A stretch of 64,000 nucleotides of DNA from an uncultured Holophagales bacterium. Lineage in GTDB: Bacteria; Acidobacteriota; Thermoanaerobaculia; Multivoradales; UBA5704. The stretch lies in contig CAWJGT010000009.1 in NCBI GenBank assembly GCA_963842525.1, forward strand, positions 1,911,832-1,975,831, read 5' to 3'. Position numbers and translations under genes: made by a program. This document shows positions 1 through 9,206 of the stretch, one piece after another. The notes under the pieces were generated by a model. That model was not told where the DNA came from and did not search any database. It saw only the letters and a list, made by a program, of their open reading frames with translations. Positions within the stretch are counted from its first letter, which is position 1; every line of letters begins with the position of its first letter.

Positions 1-812
1 TGGAACGACTGCCAGCCCATCCACGAGAACTCGTGGTTGTCCCACATCGGAACGAAAGGAAACCGCGCCCGCGCATCCTGCAGGTCCGGGTCCTGGAGAT
101 AGGCGCGATAGAGCACGCGATAGTCGGCGAGAGTCGTCGGCACCCGGAACCCTGCGATCTGCTCGCCGTGAGGGTAGCGAACGACATCGCGCACCCGGCG
201 ATCGTAGCGGTGCCCGCCGGGGACATCCTCCGGGTAGTCCACGACCTCGTAGACGAAGTCGCCGAGGTGCAGCACGAACGCGAGCTGGTCGTCGGCCGCG
301 GCGCGTTCGTCCTCGAAGATCATGCGCCGGTAGGCGTTCTGCGCTCCCTCGCAGACGTTCTGGCAACTGACGAAGGCGAAGCGCACAGGCAGGCGATCGT
401 CGTCGGCCGGCGCGGTCCGGGCGCGTCCGATCCGGCTGCCACGGCCGTTCTCGTCCGTGAATCGATACCAGTACGTGCGGGCCGGCCGCAGCCCGCCCAC
501 CAGAACGCGGCAGGTGTGGTCGGCGGCCAGGAGGGCGACCGTGGGCGCCGTGGCGACCACCTGCTCGAAGGCCGGGTCCTCGGCCACTTCCACGGTCAGC
601 CGGACGGCCTCTTCGGAGCCGCCCGCGGAGGCGCGCGTCCAGAGCAGGACGCTGTCAGGACCGGGATCTCCCGAGGCGACGCCTTCGGCAAACAGGTCGC
701 GGCGCTCGACCCAGCGTGAGCGCGAGCGCAGGGCCCGGGGCCCTGCACAAGCCCACGTTGCCCCCATCGCGGCTGCGGCGAGGATGAGCTCTCTGCGTGT
801 CAGACGGGCCAT
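1..812 (-). CDS. phoD: Alkaline phosphatase D family protein with Tat signal (3' end outside window, internal indel)
   Basis: Manual translation of minus strand: MARLTRRELILAAAA (twin-Arg), GVASGDP...SVLLWTR, FAFVSCQ, LHLGDFVYE, MWDNHE. Confidence 0.88.
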   Translation of the reverse strand, partial: MARLTRRELILAAAAMGATWACAGPRALRSRSRWVERRDLFAEGVASGDPGPDSVLLWTRASAGGSEEAVRLTVEVAEDPAFEQVVATAPTVALLAADHTCRVLVGGLRPARTYWYRFTDENGRGSRIGRARTAPADDDRLPVRFAFVSCQNVCEGAQNAYRRMIFEDERAAADDQLAFVLHLGDFVYEVVDYPEDVPGGHRYDRRVRDVVRYPHGEQIAGFRVPTTLADYRVLYRAYLQDPDLQDARARFPFVPMWDNHEFSWMGWQSF

Positions 813-852
813 GGTGCTGTTGAGTGTAGCGGGCTGGCACCGGTCTCGCCAG

Positions 853-988
853 CCTCGCCCAGGGTTCACACCCTGGGCTACCCAGTTCCGCCCTCCGGGC
901 TCGAATACCTGCGCTCGCTCCGATAAGGAGATCTTCGCGAGCCCGGAGGGCGCCATTCGGTAGCCCAGGGTGTGAACCCTGGGCGAGG
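853..988. repeat. Inverted REP doublet (GTAG family, GTAGCCCAGGGTGTGAACCCTGGG)
   Basis: 853-903 is the reverse complement of 938-988 apart from a short internal mismatch; each arm contains a hairpin. Confidence 0.8.
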
Positions 989-1014
989 GCGCGAGGCCCA
1001 TCAGCACGGCCAAC

Positions 1015-2240
<1,226 letters not shown>

Positions 2241-2244
<4 letters not shown>

Positions 2245-3045
2245 TGCAGCACCTCTTCCAGCTCTTCTGCCGTGGGCGAGGCGATGGTGAAGGGAAAGGC
2301 GATGGCCAGCTCGGCTTCCGTGGCGGTGCTGCCGGGATGGGCCCGCGTCTGGACGATCTTCTCGTCGCGCCAGATCAGGCCGTCGCGCACGTAGACCACG
2401 CGCTTGGCGTGCGCCGCGATGTCCGGCTCGTGGGTGATCAGGATGACGGTCTTGCCGGCTTCGTTGAGCTCCTGGAAGATGCCCATGATCTCCTCGGAGG
2501 TGCTCGTGTCGAGGTTGCCGGTCGGCTCGTCGGCGAGGAGGATCGCCGGATCGGTGACCAGGGCGCGGGCGATCGCCACCCGCTGCTGCTGGCCGCCGGA
2601 GAGCTGCGAGGGGTAGTGGTCCTCGCGGCCGGCGAGGCCGACCCGGGCAAGGGCCTGCCGGGCGCGGCGGGACGCGCTCTTCGGAGGAGATGCCCAGGTC
2701 GCTGTAGAGCAGCGGCAGCTCGACGTTCTCCGTGGCCCGCGTCCGCGCCAGCAGGTTGAAGCTCTGGAAGACGAAGCCGATCTTGGCGTTGCGGATCTCG
2801 GCCCGCTGGTCGCGGTCGAGGCGCGAGACGTCGATGCCGTCCAGCAGGTAGGTGCCCGAGGTCGGCCGGTCGAGGCAGCCCAGGATGTTCATCAGCGTCG
2901 ACTTGCCGGAGCCCGACGGCCCCATGATCGCCACGAATTCGCCGGGCTCGACCGTCAGGTCGACCCCATTCAGGGCCCGGACCTCCATCTCGCCCATGCG
3001 GTAGACCTTCACGAGGCCGCGGATCTCGATGACGGGATTGCCCAT
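2241..3045 (-). CDS. MacB/LolD-type ABC ATP-binding protein (indel near 2670)
   Basis: GPSGSGKST Walker [11 protein letters not shown]; second frame gives AIARALV...[11 protein letters not shown] and ITHE. Confidence 0.92.
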
Positions 3046-3048
3046 GGC

Positions 3049-4319
3049 TCAGAACCTTCCGAATCCGCCCGGCCGTCCGCCACGCGCGGTGCCGCTGCTC
3101 TCGGGGGCCTTGAGGGTCGCCAGCCCGGTGACCACCGGGTCGCCGGGCTTCAGCTCGCCGGAGAGCACCGAGGTCACCTGGGTGTAGCGGCCGTCGGTGA
3201 TGCCGGTGCGGATGCGGACCTCGCGCAGCTCATCGGTCTTTCCGTTCTCGCTCTTTTCGAGGACGTAGACGGTCTGCCCGGCCTGCCGGCGTTGCCGCCC
3301 TCCGCCTTCACTGCCTCCCGCCCGGGACGCCCCGTCGCTGCCGTTCCGCCGTGCCTGGCCCTGCTCCTGCCCCTCCGCCGTCTCCGGCCGGAAGCGCAGG
3401 GCGGAGTTGGGCACGCGCAGCACGTTGTTGGCCGTGTCGACCTGGATGGTGACGTCGGCGGTCATGCTGGGGCGCAGCTTGAGGTCGGGGTTCGGCACCT
3501 CGACGATCACCGGGTAGGTGATGACGTTCTGGTTGACGGTGGCGTTCAGGCGCACCTGCGAGATCTGCCCGCGGAACTGCTGGTCCGGGTAGGCGTCGAC
3601 CGTGAAGCGAGCGGGCTGGCCGGCCTGGATCCGCCCGATGTCGGACTGGTCGATGTCGGCCTTGACCTGCATCTTGGTCAGGTCCTGGGCGATGGTGAAC
3701 AGGGTCGGCGCCTGAGAACGAGGCGGCGACCGTCTGGCCGATGTCGTACTGGCGGTCCACCACCTGGCCGTCGATCGGCGAAAAGATCTTGGTGAAGCCG
3801 AGATTGGTCTGCGCCTGCTTGAGCGAGGCTTGCGACTGCGCGAGCTGGGCGCGCGCAGAGTCGTAGCCCGCCTTGGCGGCGTCGACCTCGGACTGCGCGA
3901 CCAGGCCGGCGTCGAAGAGCCGCTTCTGGCGGTTGTAGGTGAGCAGGGTGTTGGCCATGTCGATCTGCGACTTGGTCACGTCCGCCTGGCGCTGCTCGAC
4001 CGGTCTGGAGGAACGGCGTCGGATCGAGCTCGGCCAGGACCTGGCCCTTCTGGACCTGGCTGTTGAAGTCGGCATAGAGTTTGGAGATGATGCCGGAGAC
4101 CTGGCTGCCGACCTGGACGGTGGTCACCGCCGACAGGGTCCCCGTGGCGCTCGCGGTCGCGGTGATGTTGCCGCGGCTCACCGCGTCCGTGCGGTACTGT
4201 TCGCCCTCGTCGTCCCTGCCGCGCCGCAGGAAGAACAGGCCGACCAGAACCACAGCGACCACAGCGATGGCGGTGAGGAGAAAGCGGCGTTGCTTGTGGT
4301 TGTTCTCGAGTGGTTCCAT
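3049..4319 (-). CDS. MacA-type periplasmic adaptor (two indels)
   Basis: N-terminal TM, TVQVGSQVSG, coiled coil, IFSPIDG, LRPSMTADV across three frames. Confidence 0.9.
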
Positions 4320-4602
4320 ATCTGGTCCGAACGCTTGATCCCTGTTGAGGCTTCCCGGATCGCGTCCGATCTCCTTGGTCTTTACATTTTCCGTACAAAT
4401 CGCTCCCCGGAAGAGGGTTCTGCAGGACGGGTGCCAGGACCAGACGTGCAGGCGCACGACCTCTCGACGCAACCCACTCCCGAATGGCGTATGATCCGCA
4501 CCTACCGGAGCCGGAGGCTGGACTCGGTCAAAGCCCCCCGCCGGCTATCGGGCCATCCCGTTCCAGTCCGGCAGATGGGTTGACGGAGCCGCTCGTGGAT
4601 TT

Positions 4603-4694
4603 GCTGGGAGCGCCGGCATCCCTGCCGGCCGACAAACCAAAAGATGGAATAAGGATGGAATAAGAAGGCCGGCAAGGATGCCGGCGCTCCCAGC
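4603..4694. repeat. REP doublet (REPIN-like), family GCTGGGAGCGCCGGCATCCYTGCCGGCC
   Basis: Inverted 28-bp arms; near-identical doublet including spacer at 27289-27368. Confidence 0.85.
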
Positions 4695-4699
4695 GGTGT

Positions 4700-4765
4700 G
4701 TTCGCGAAGTCCAGGACCTCGACGTTGTCGAAGATGAGAATGCCGACGCTCCAGCGCTCTTGCAT
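4700..4765 (-). pseudogene. 5' fragment of DJ-1/PfpI family gene ending at a REP doublet
   Basis: MQERWSVGILIFDNVEVLDFA with GGGAGG RBS upstream; frame runs directly into REP sequence. Confidence 0.65.
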
Positions 4766-4838
4766 GCTCACGTGCCTCCCGCCCGAGATGGCCTTGCCTC
4801 TTCTCGGCCAAAATTTGCCGGACTGCTTCGCAGTGCTC

Positions 4839-4866
4839 TCCAGAGGGGGGCAAGCCCCCCTCTGGA
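4839..4866. other. GC hairpin downstream of putative DGR variable region 1
   Basis: TCCAGAGGGGGG-CAAG-CCCCCCTCTGGA, perfect 12-bp stem, ~40 bp after the stop of 4909..7671. Confidence 0.75.
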
Positions 4867-4908
4867 CTCCCCCCGAAAAGAAGTCCAGAGTTTCAGAGAC
4901 CAGAGAAA

Positions 4909-7671
4909 TCAGAGGCCAGAGGAGAATGGGAGCACGACGACACGGAACCCAATGAAGTCGCCGCGGTTGACCGGCTCGCCCCAGCGGCGGCACGCACAAC
5001 GGGCGAGCCTGGAGTCGAAGAAGCAAGAGCCGCCGCGGACAACCCGGAGGGATTGCGAAGGTGCTTCGAGATCCTCACGGCCATCCGTGCTCACGTAGGG
5101 ATACGCCTTATCGACGCTTCTCGTCCACTCCCAGACATTGCCGCTCATCTCTTCGCATCCGGAGGGGCTGGCTCCTCCAGGGAAACAACCGACGGCACTG
5201 ACCTCTCCGACTCCGCTCTCACCAACGTTCGCCCGGTCCGCATCGAAGCCGTCACCCCAGGGGTACCTCCGCCCATCGGTCCCGCGGGCCGCCTTCTCCC
5301 ACTCCGCTTCGGACGGCAGGGTGACCACCAGGCGTCCGCTCGCGAGACCTTCCCAGAGGCTCCCCGCGGCTCCGCTCGTTTTCCTCCTTGGGCCAGGCGC
5401 TCCGCCGCCTCGCCTTTCAGCTTCTCTCCCAACCAACGGCAGTAGGCCAGGGCCTCGAACCAGGTGACGAAGATCGCCGGATGGTTGGGGTGGCCTTCCA
5501 GAGCCCTGCGGTCCCCGAGCTTCCAGAGAGGTGTCCGCCACGAAGGTGGAGAGCTGCTGGACCGTCACCGGGTACCGCGCCATATAAAGGGCCGGCAGGA
5601 CCACTTCATGCTGCGGTCGCTCGTCTCCATAGCTTTCAGGATCGTCCTTCGCGCTCCCCATCCGGAACGGCCCGGCGGGGACCGCGACGAAACCCAGGAG
5701 CGGATCGCACGGCAGGAACCAGCGGTCCGGGTCGAAACGCGGATCGCCCAGCTTCGCCAGGGTACGGCCGGCCAGGGCCCGCTCGGTGGCGGGAAACCGG
5801 CCGTCGCCGAGGAGGCGGACCAGCCAGCGTCGCAGCCGCTCCAGCTTGGGCCGGTTGGCAGGGCTGACCTGGGAAAGGTTCGCCGATTCGGCTACCGCCT
5901 GGCCGGCGAGCTGGGCTCCCCAGGCGTCGGCCAGGTCGTTCTCCGGCGCGTCCGGCTCCCGCCAGCAGAGGGCCTCGGCAAGCTGCCAGACGCTCGGCAC
6001 CGCCCCCCGCGCCGCCTTGGCCCCGGCGAGCAGCACCACCTCCCGCCAGCGCGCCGGATCCTTGCGCGCGAGCTCCGCCACCCGGTCCGGCCACGTGCGC
6101 TCTCCAGTAAGATGGCAGGCCGCCAGGTACTCCTGGAACGTGCGGTGCGGGAACGTGTACACCCCCACCCCGCGAGGCTCCAGCAGGCCCGCCCGGTCCC
6201 GCAGGAATTCGACGAGGAGACCGGGCCTCGTGTCGGGATTCCGGCTCACCCGCAGCAGGCTTGCCACCAATTCCTTCTCTTCAAGGTCGGCGGTGCCGGT
6301 GGTGTCGCCCTGGGCGCCGTGGCATTCGCAGGCCAGCTCTTCGAGCACGGCGCGGACCTTCTCCCGCCCCACGTTCAGGAACTCGCTCAGGCTCGGCTGC
6401 GGCAGCACCGGCTCGCCGCGGGCGTCGAACCGCACCCGCTGCTTCTCCCAGACGTCGAGCAGGAGGTCGACGGCGTTCGCGTAAAGCTCCTCCCGCCGTT
6501 CCGGCAGGCTGCCCCCGCGCCACGCATGGAGGCTTGCCATCAGGGTCAACAGCAACGGCCGCCGGGCGAGGCCCAGCAGGCGGTCCCCGGTAAAGACCGC
6601 GCGTTCGAGCAGCACTGCGCGGCCCTGTGCATCTTCCTCCGGGAGCCGGCCGAGTGTGGCCATCTGGGCATACCACCGCGAGATGAACCAATGGATCTGC
6701 CCGCGGCTGAACGGCGCCAGCTCTCCTTCCGCAAAGCCCGGCAGCTTCCACTCCTGGTTGCGGTAGGCGTAGGTGCGGCTGGTCAGCAGGACCCGGCACT
6801 TCCCCAGGCTCTGGCAGAAGCTCACCACCGCTTGGCGGATCTGCTGGCGGCGCGTCTCCGCCTCCGGTACTTCGTCGAGCCCGTCGAACAGCACCAGGCC
6901 GCCCTGCGTGAGCAGCTCCTCCTTGAGGTGCGGCAGGTACTCGCCGAGCCCGCACGCCTGCAGGTCGCGTCCGAGGAAGGCCCAGAGGTGCTGCGCCGTG
7001 GCCTCCTTGCCACGCTCCGGCAGCCCTGAGGCCGCGAAATCCCGCAGCACGACCCGCACCGGCAGGAGCGCCTTATGCCGCCAGGGCTGGGGTTTCTTCT
7101 CCCCTTCTTCTTCCTCTCGCGGCAGAGGAGAGCGCAACACCTCCAGGTTCACATCCTTCCGGCCGAAGGCTTCCCCGGCCAGGCAGAGGGCGACGAAGCT
7201 CACGAAGGTGCTCTTGCCGCTTCCCGGGTCCCCTAACAGGACGAGGCGGGGATGCCGGTCGAGCAGCGCCAGGGCGGAGAGGGGGCGCGGCCGATCCTCA
7301 GGGATCCCGGCAGGCCGTCCCTTGGAAAGCTTCTCCTCCACGCTCGTGGTGAGCAAGGCGGTGTAGACGGCATCGAGCCGCAGCCGCGCCTCACGGTCGT
7401 TGGCCAGAGCCGGATCGACTCCCGAGAGGGCCAGGGCCTCGGTCTGGCAGACGAGACGATGCAAGTATGCCGAGCGGAGCGTGGCTGCGTCCGCCCCCGG
7501 ACCGGGCCGGACATAGGTGGTGACAATGTCGCGCCCAGCCGCCTGCCCACCCGCCCCGGCTGCCACGCCGCCGGACTGGACGATGGCGCCCGAGCCCAGG
7601 AGCTTGGCCTCCAGGGCGGCCACCTGGGCACGAAGGCGTTCGAGCTCGCTCGCGGAGTCAGGAACGGTCAT
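4909..7671 (-). CDS. NLR-like protein 1: amyloid-like N-terminal motif + NACHT + FGE-sulfatase/C-type lectin domain; putative DGR target
   Basis: [42 protein letters not shown]; [36 protein letters not shown]; compensating indels near 5390-5520. Confidence 0.9.
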   Translation of the reverse strand: MTVPDSASELERLRAQVAALEAKLLGSGAIVQSGGVAAGAGGQAAGRDIVTTYVRPGPGADAATLRSAYLHRLVCQTEALALSGVDPALANDREARLRLDAVYTALLTTSVEEKLSKGRPAGIPEDRPRPLSALALLDRHPRLVLLGDPGSGKSTFVSFVALCLAGEAFGRKDVNLEVLRSPLPREEEEGEKKPQPWRHKALLPVRVVLRDFAASGLPERGKEATAQHLWAFLGRDLQACGLGEYLPHLKEELLTQGGLVLFDGLDEVPEAETRRQQIRQAVVSFCQSLGKCRVLLTSRTYAYRNQEWKLPGFAEGELAPFSRGQIHWFISRWYAQMATLGRLPEEDAQGRAVLLERAVFTGDRLLGLARRPLLLTLMASLHAWRGGSLPERREELYANAVDLLLDVWEKQRVRFDARGEPVLPQPSLSEFLNVGREKVRAVLEELACECHGAQGDTTGTADLEEKELVASLLRVSRNPDTRPGLLVEFLRDRAGLLEPRGVGVYTFPHRTFQEYLAACHLTGERTWPDRVAELARKDPARWREVVLLAGAKAARGAVPSVWQLAEALCWREPDAPENDLADAWGAQLAGQAVAESANLSQVSPANRPKLERLRRWLVRLLGDGRFPATERALAGRTLAKLGDPRFDPDRWFLPCDPLLGFVAVPAGPFRMGSAKDDPESYGDERPQHEVVLPALYMARYPVTVQQLSTFVADTSLEARGPQGSGRPPQPSGDLRHLVRGPGLLPLVGREAERRGGGAPGPRRKTSGAAGSLWEGLASGRLVVTLPSEAEWEKAARGTDGRRYPWGDGFDADRANVGESGVGEVSAVGCFPGGASPSGCEEMSGNVWEWTRSVDKAYPYVSTDGREDLEAPSQSLRVVRGGSCFFDSRLARCACRRWGEPVNRGDFIGFRVVVLPFSSGL

Positions 7672-8143
7672 CGCCCCGGGTCCCTCGCCCCGTCCGGCCT
7701 GCCGAAATGTCGCCTGTTACACTGCCGCCTACCGCGACGCCTCCTTCACCCACCGCCACCGCGCCAGGACCCTGGGCAATGGCGCCCGAGCCGTGGAGAG
7801 TCGCCTGATAAGACGTGCCCCGGCCAGCGGAGTCGAGGAGCTTCGCCACCTCGGAAGCCAGATCGGGATCGGCTTCGAGGATCTTCCCAAGCTGGCGGCG
7901 CAGCCCCGCACGAGCGTCGTCGTCGTCCGGGGCCTCGGCGACCTCCTCCGCCGCTCCGAGGGCGCGGGGGCTCTCTTCCACCGGCTTGCGAAGCTTCGTC
8001 CAAAGCTTGCGGCCGAGCTCGAACGCCTCCTCTCCCACCTTCTTCCCTGCCGCCTTGACGGCCTCCGTGCCGCCGGTGATCAAGTGAGGCAGAACCGGCG
8101 CGAGAGCGATTACCAAGGCATCCGCGAGCAGCTTCAGGTCCAT
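7658..8143 (-). CDS. Small helical (Bell/HeLo-like) protein with C-terminal Gly-rich amyloid-like motif
   Basis: Amphipathic N-terminal helices (LAPVLPHLI...KLWTKL...[19 protein letters not shown]), then [36 protein letters not shown]; overlaps the NACHT start by 14 nt. Confidence 0.75.
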   Translation of the reverse strand: MDLKLLADALVIALAPVLPHLITGGTEAVKAAGKKVGEEAFELGRKLWTKLRKPVEESPRALGAAEEVAEAPDDDDARAGLRRQLGKILEADPDLASEVAKLLDSAGRGTSYQATLHGSGAIAQGPGAVAVGEGGVAVGGSVTGDISAGRTGRGTRGDDRS

Positions 8144-8200
8144 GCGGGCCTCCTTTCGGGCTCGTGCGGCTCCAATCCTATCGCGCTGTAGGCGGCGCCC

Positions 8201-8428
8201 CCCACTGTAGAGACGCCCCGTGGGGCGTCTCCGGGGCGTAGAAGACGGTTCGATCTGAAATGTACAGACCGGACGGCAAGGTGCCGATGGCCCAATCAGA
8301 AGACATCAGGCGTCGGCGGACGGTGACCGGCCCTGTCAGAAAAAACATCGACGTGCCGGCGCACGGCTGTTGCAACCGGGAGGGTGTCGCCGCTGCGGAG
8401 ACGCCCCACGGGGCGTCTCTACAGTGGG
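8201..8428. repeat. Inverted REP pair GTAGAGACGCCCCGTGGGGCGTCTC upstream of RAYT
   Basis: Copies at 8207-8231 (+) and 8398-8422 (-). Confidence 0.9.
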
Positions 8429-8479
8429 GGTGATGGTCACGGTTGCCTTGGCGGTGAATATCAACGATAATGCGCTGGA

Positions 8480-9010
8480 ATGAGCGACACCTTGTACCGA
8501 AACCGGTTCCGGATTCCGTCTACCCGGTTGCCCGGCTGGGACTACGGCCAGGGCGGTACCTATTGTGTGACGATCTGCACCCGGGGCCGGGTCTGTTGGC
8601 TGGGCGAGATCGTAGAAGGCAAGATGGTTCCTTCAGATCTCGGGGATATCGTCGCCGAGGAATGGGTGGAGATGGCACGTCGCCGTCCCCACGTGGACCT
8701 CGACGCTTGGATCGTGATGCCCAATCATGTCCATGGGATCCTCTGTCTCCAGCCGCCACATCTCAATGGGCGTCCGACGCCTTTAGGAGAGGCCATCGGA
8801 CATTTCAAGGGGGCCTGCACCCAACGGATCTGGGACAGTGGACGACGAGATTTCGCCTGGCAGACGAGATTCTTTGACCAGATCATCCGAAGCGACGACA
8901 CCCTTCTGCGATTCCGGCGGTACATCATGGAGAATCCGCTCCGCTGGGAGGAGGATCGGCATCATCCAAAGATCGCTCCAGAAGAGCATCGTTGCTCCGG
9001 CCAACGATAA
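8480..9010 (+). mobile_element. REP-associated tyrosine transposase (RAYT, Y1 HUH)
   Basis: STRLPGWDY, YCVTICT, VMPNHVHGIL (HUH), WQTRFFDQIIR, YIMENP; flanked by GTAG REPs. Confidence 0.92.
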
Positions 9011-9018
9011 GGTTTCCT

Positions 9019-9091
9019 CCCACTGTAGAGACGCCCCGTGGGGCGTCTCCGGGGCGGAGAAGACGGTCCGATTTGAAATGCACAGACCGGC
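9019..9091 (+). repeat. REP plus flank; ~72-bp direct repeat of 8201-8273
   Basis: cccactgtagagacgccccgtggggcgtctccggggcg...gaaatg(t/c)acagaccgg occurs on both sides of the RAYT. Confidence 0.88.
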
Positions 9092-9137
9092 GGGACTCCC
9101 ACCGCGATGCCATGTTCGCCCCTTCGAATTTCGAGCA

Positions 9138-9163
9138 TCCAGAGGGGGCAAGCCCCCTCTGGA
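9138..9163. other. GC hairpin downstream of putative DGR variable region 2
   Basis: TCCAGAGGGGG-CAAG-CCCCCTCTGGA, 11-bp stem; one G and one C shorter than the 4839 copy, so pairing is kept. Confidence 0.75.
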
Positions 9164-9206
9164 CTCCCCCCCAAGAAGAAGTCCAGAGTTTCAGAGTCCA
9201 GAGGAT

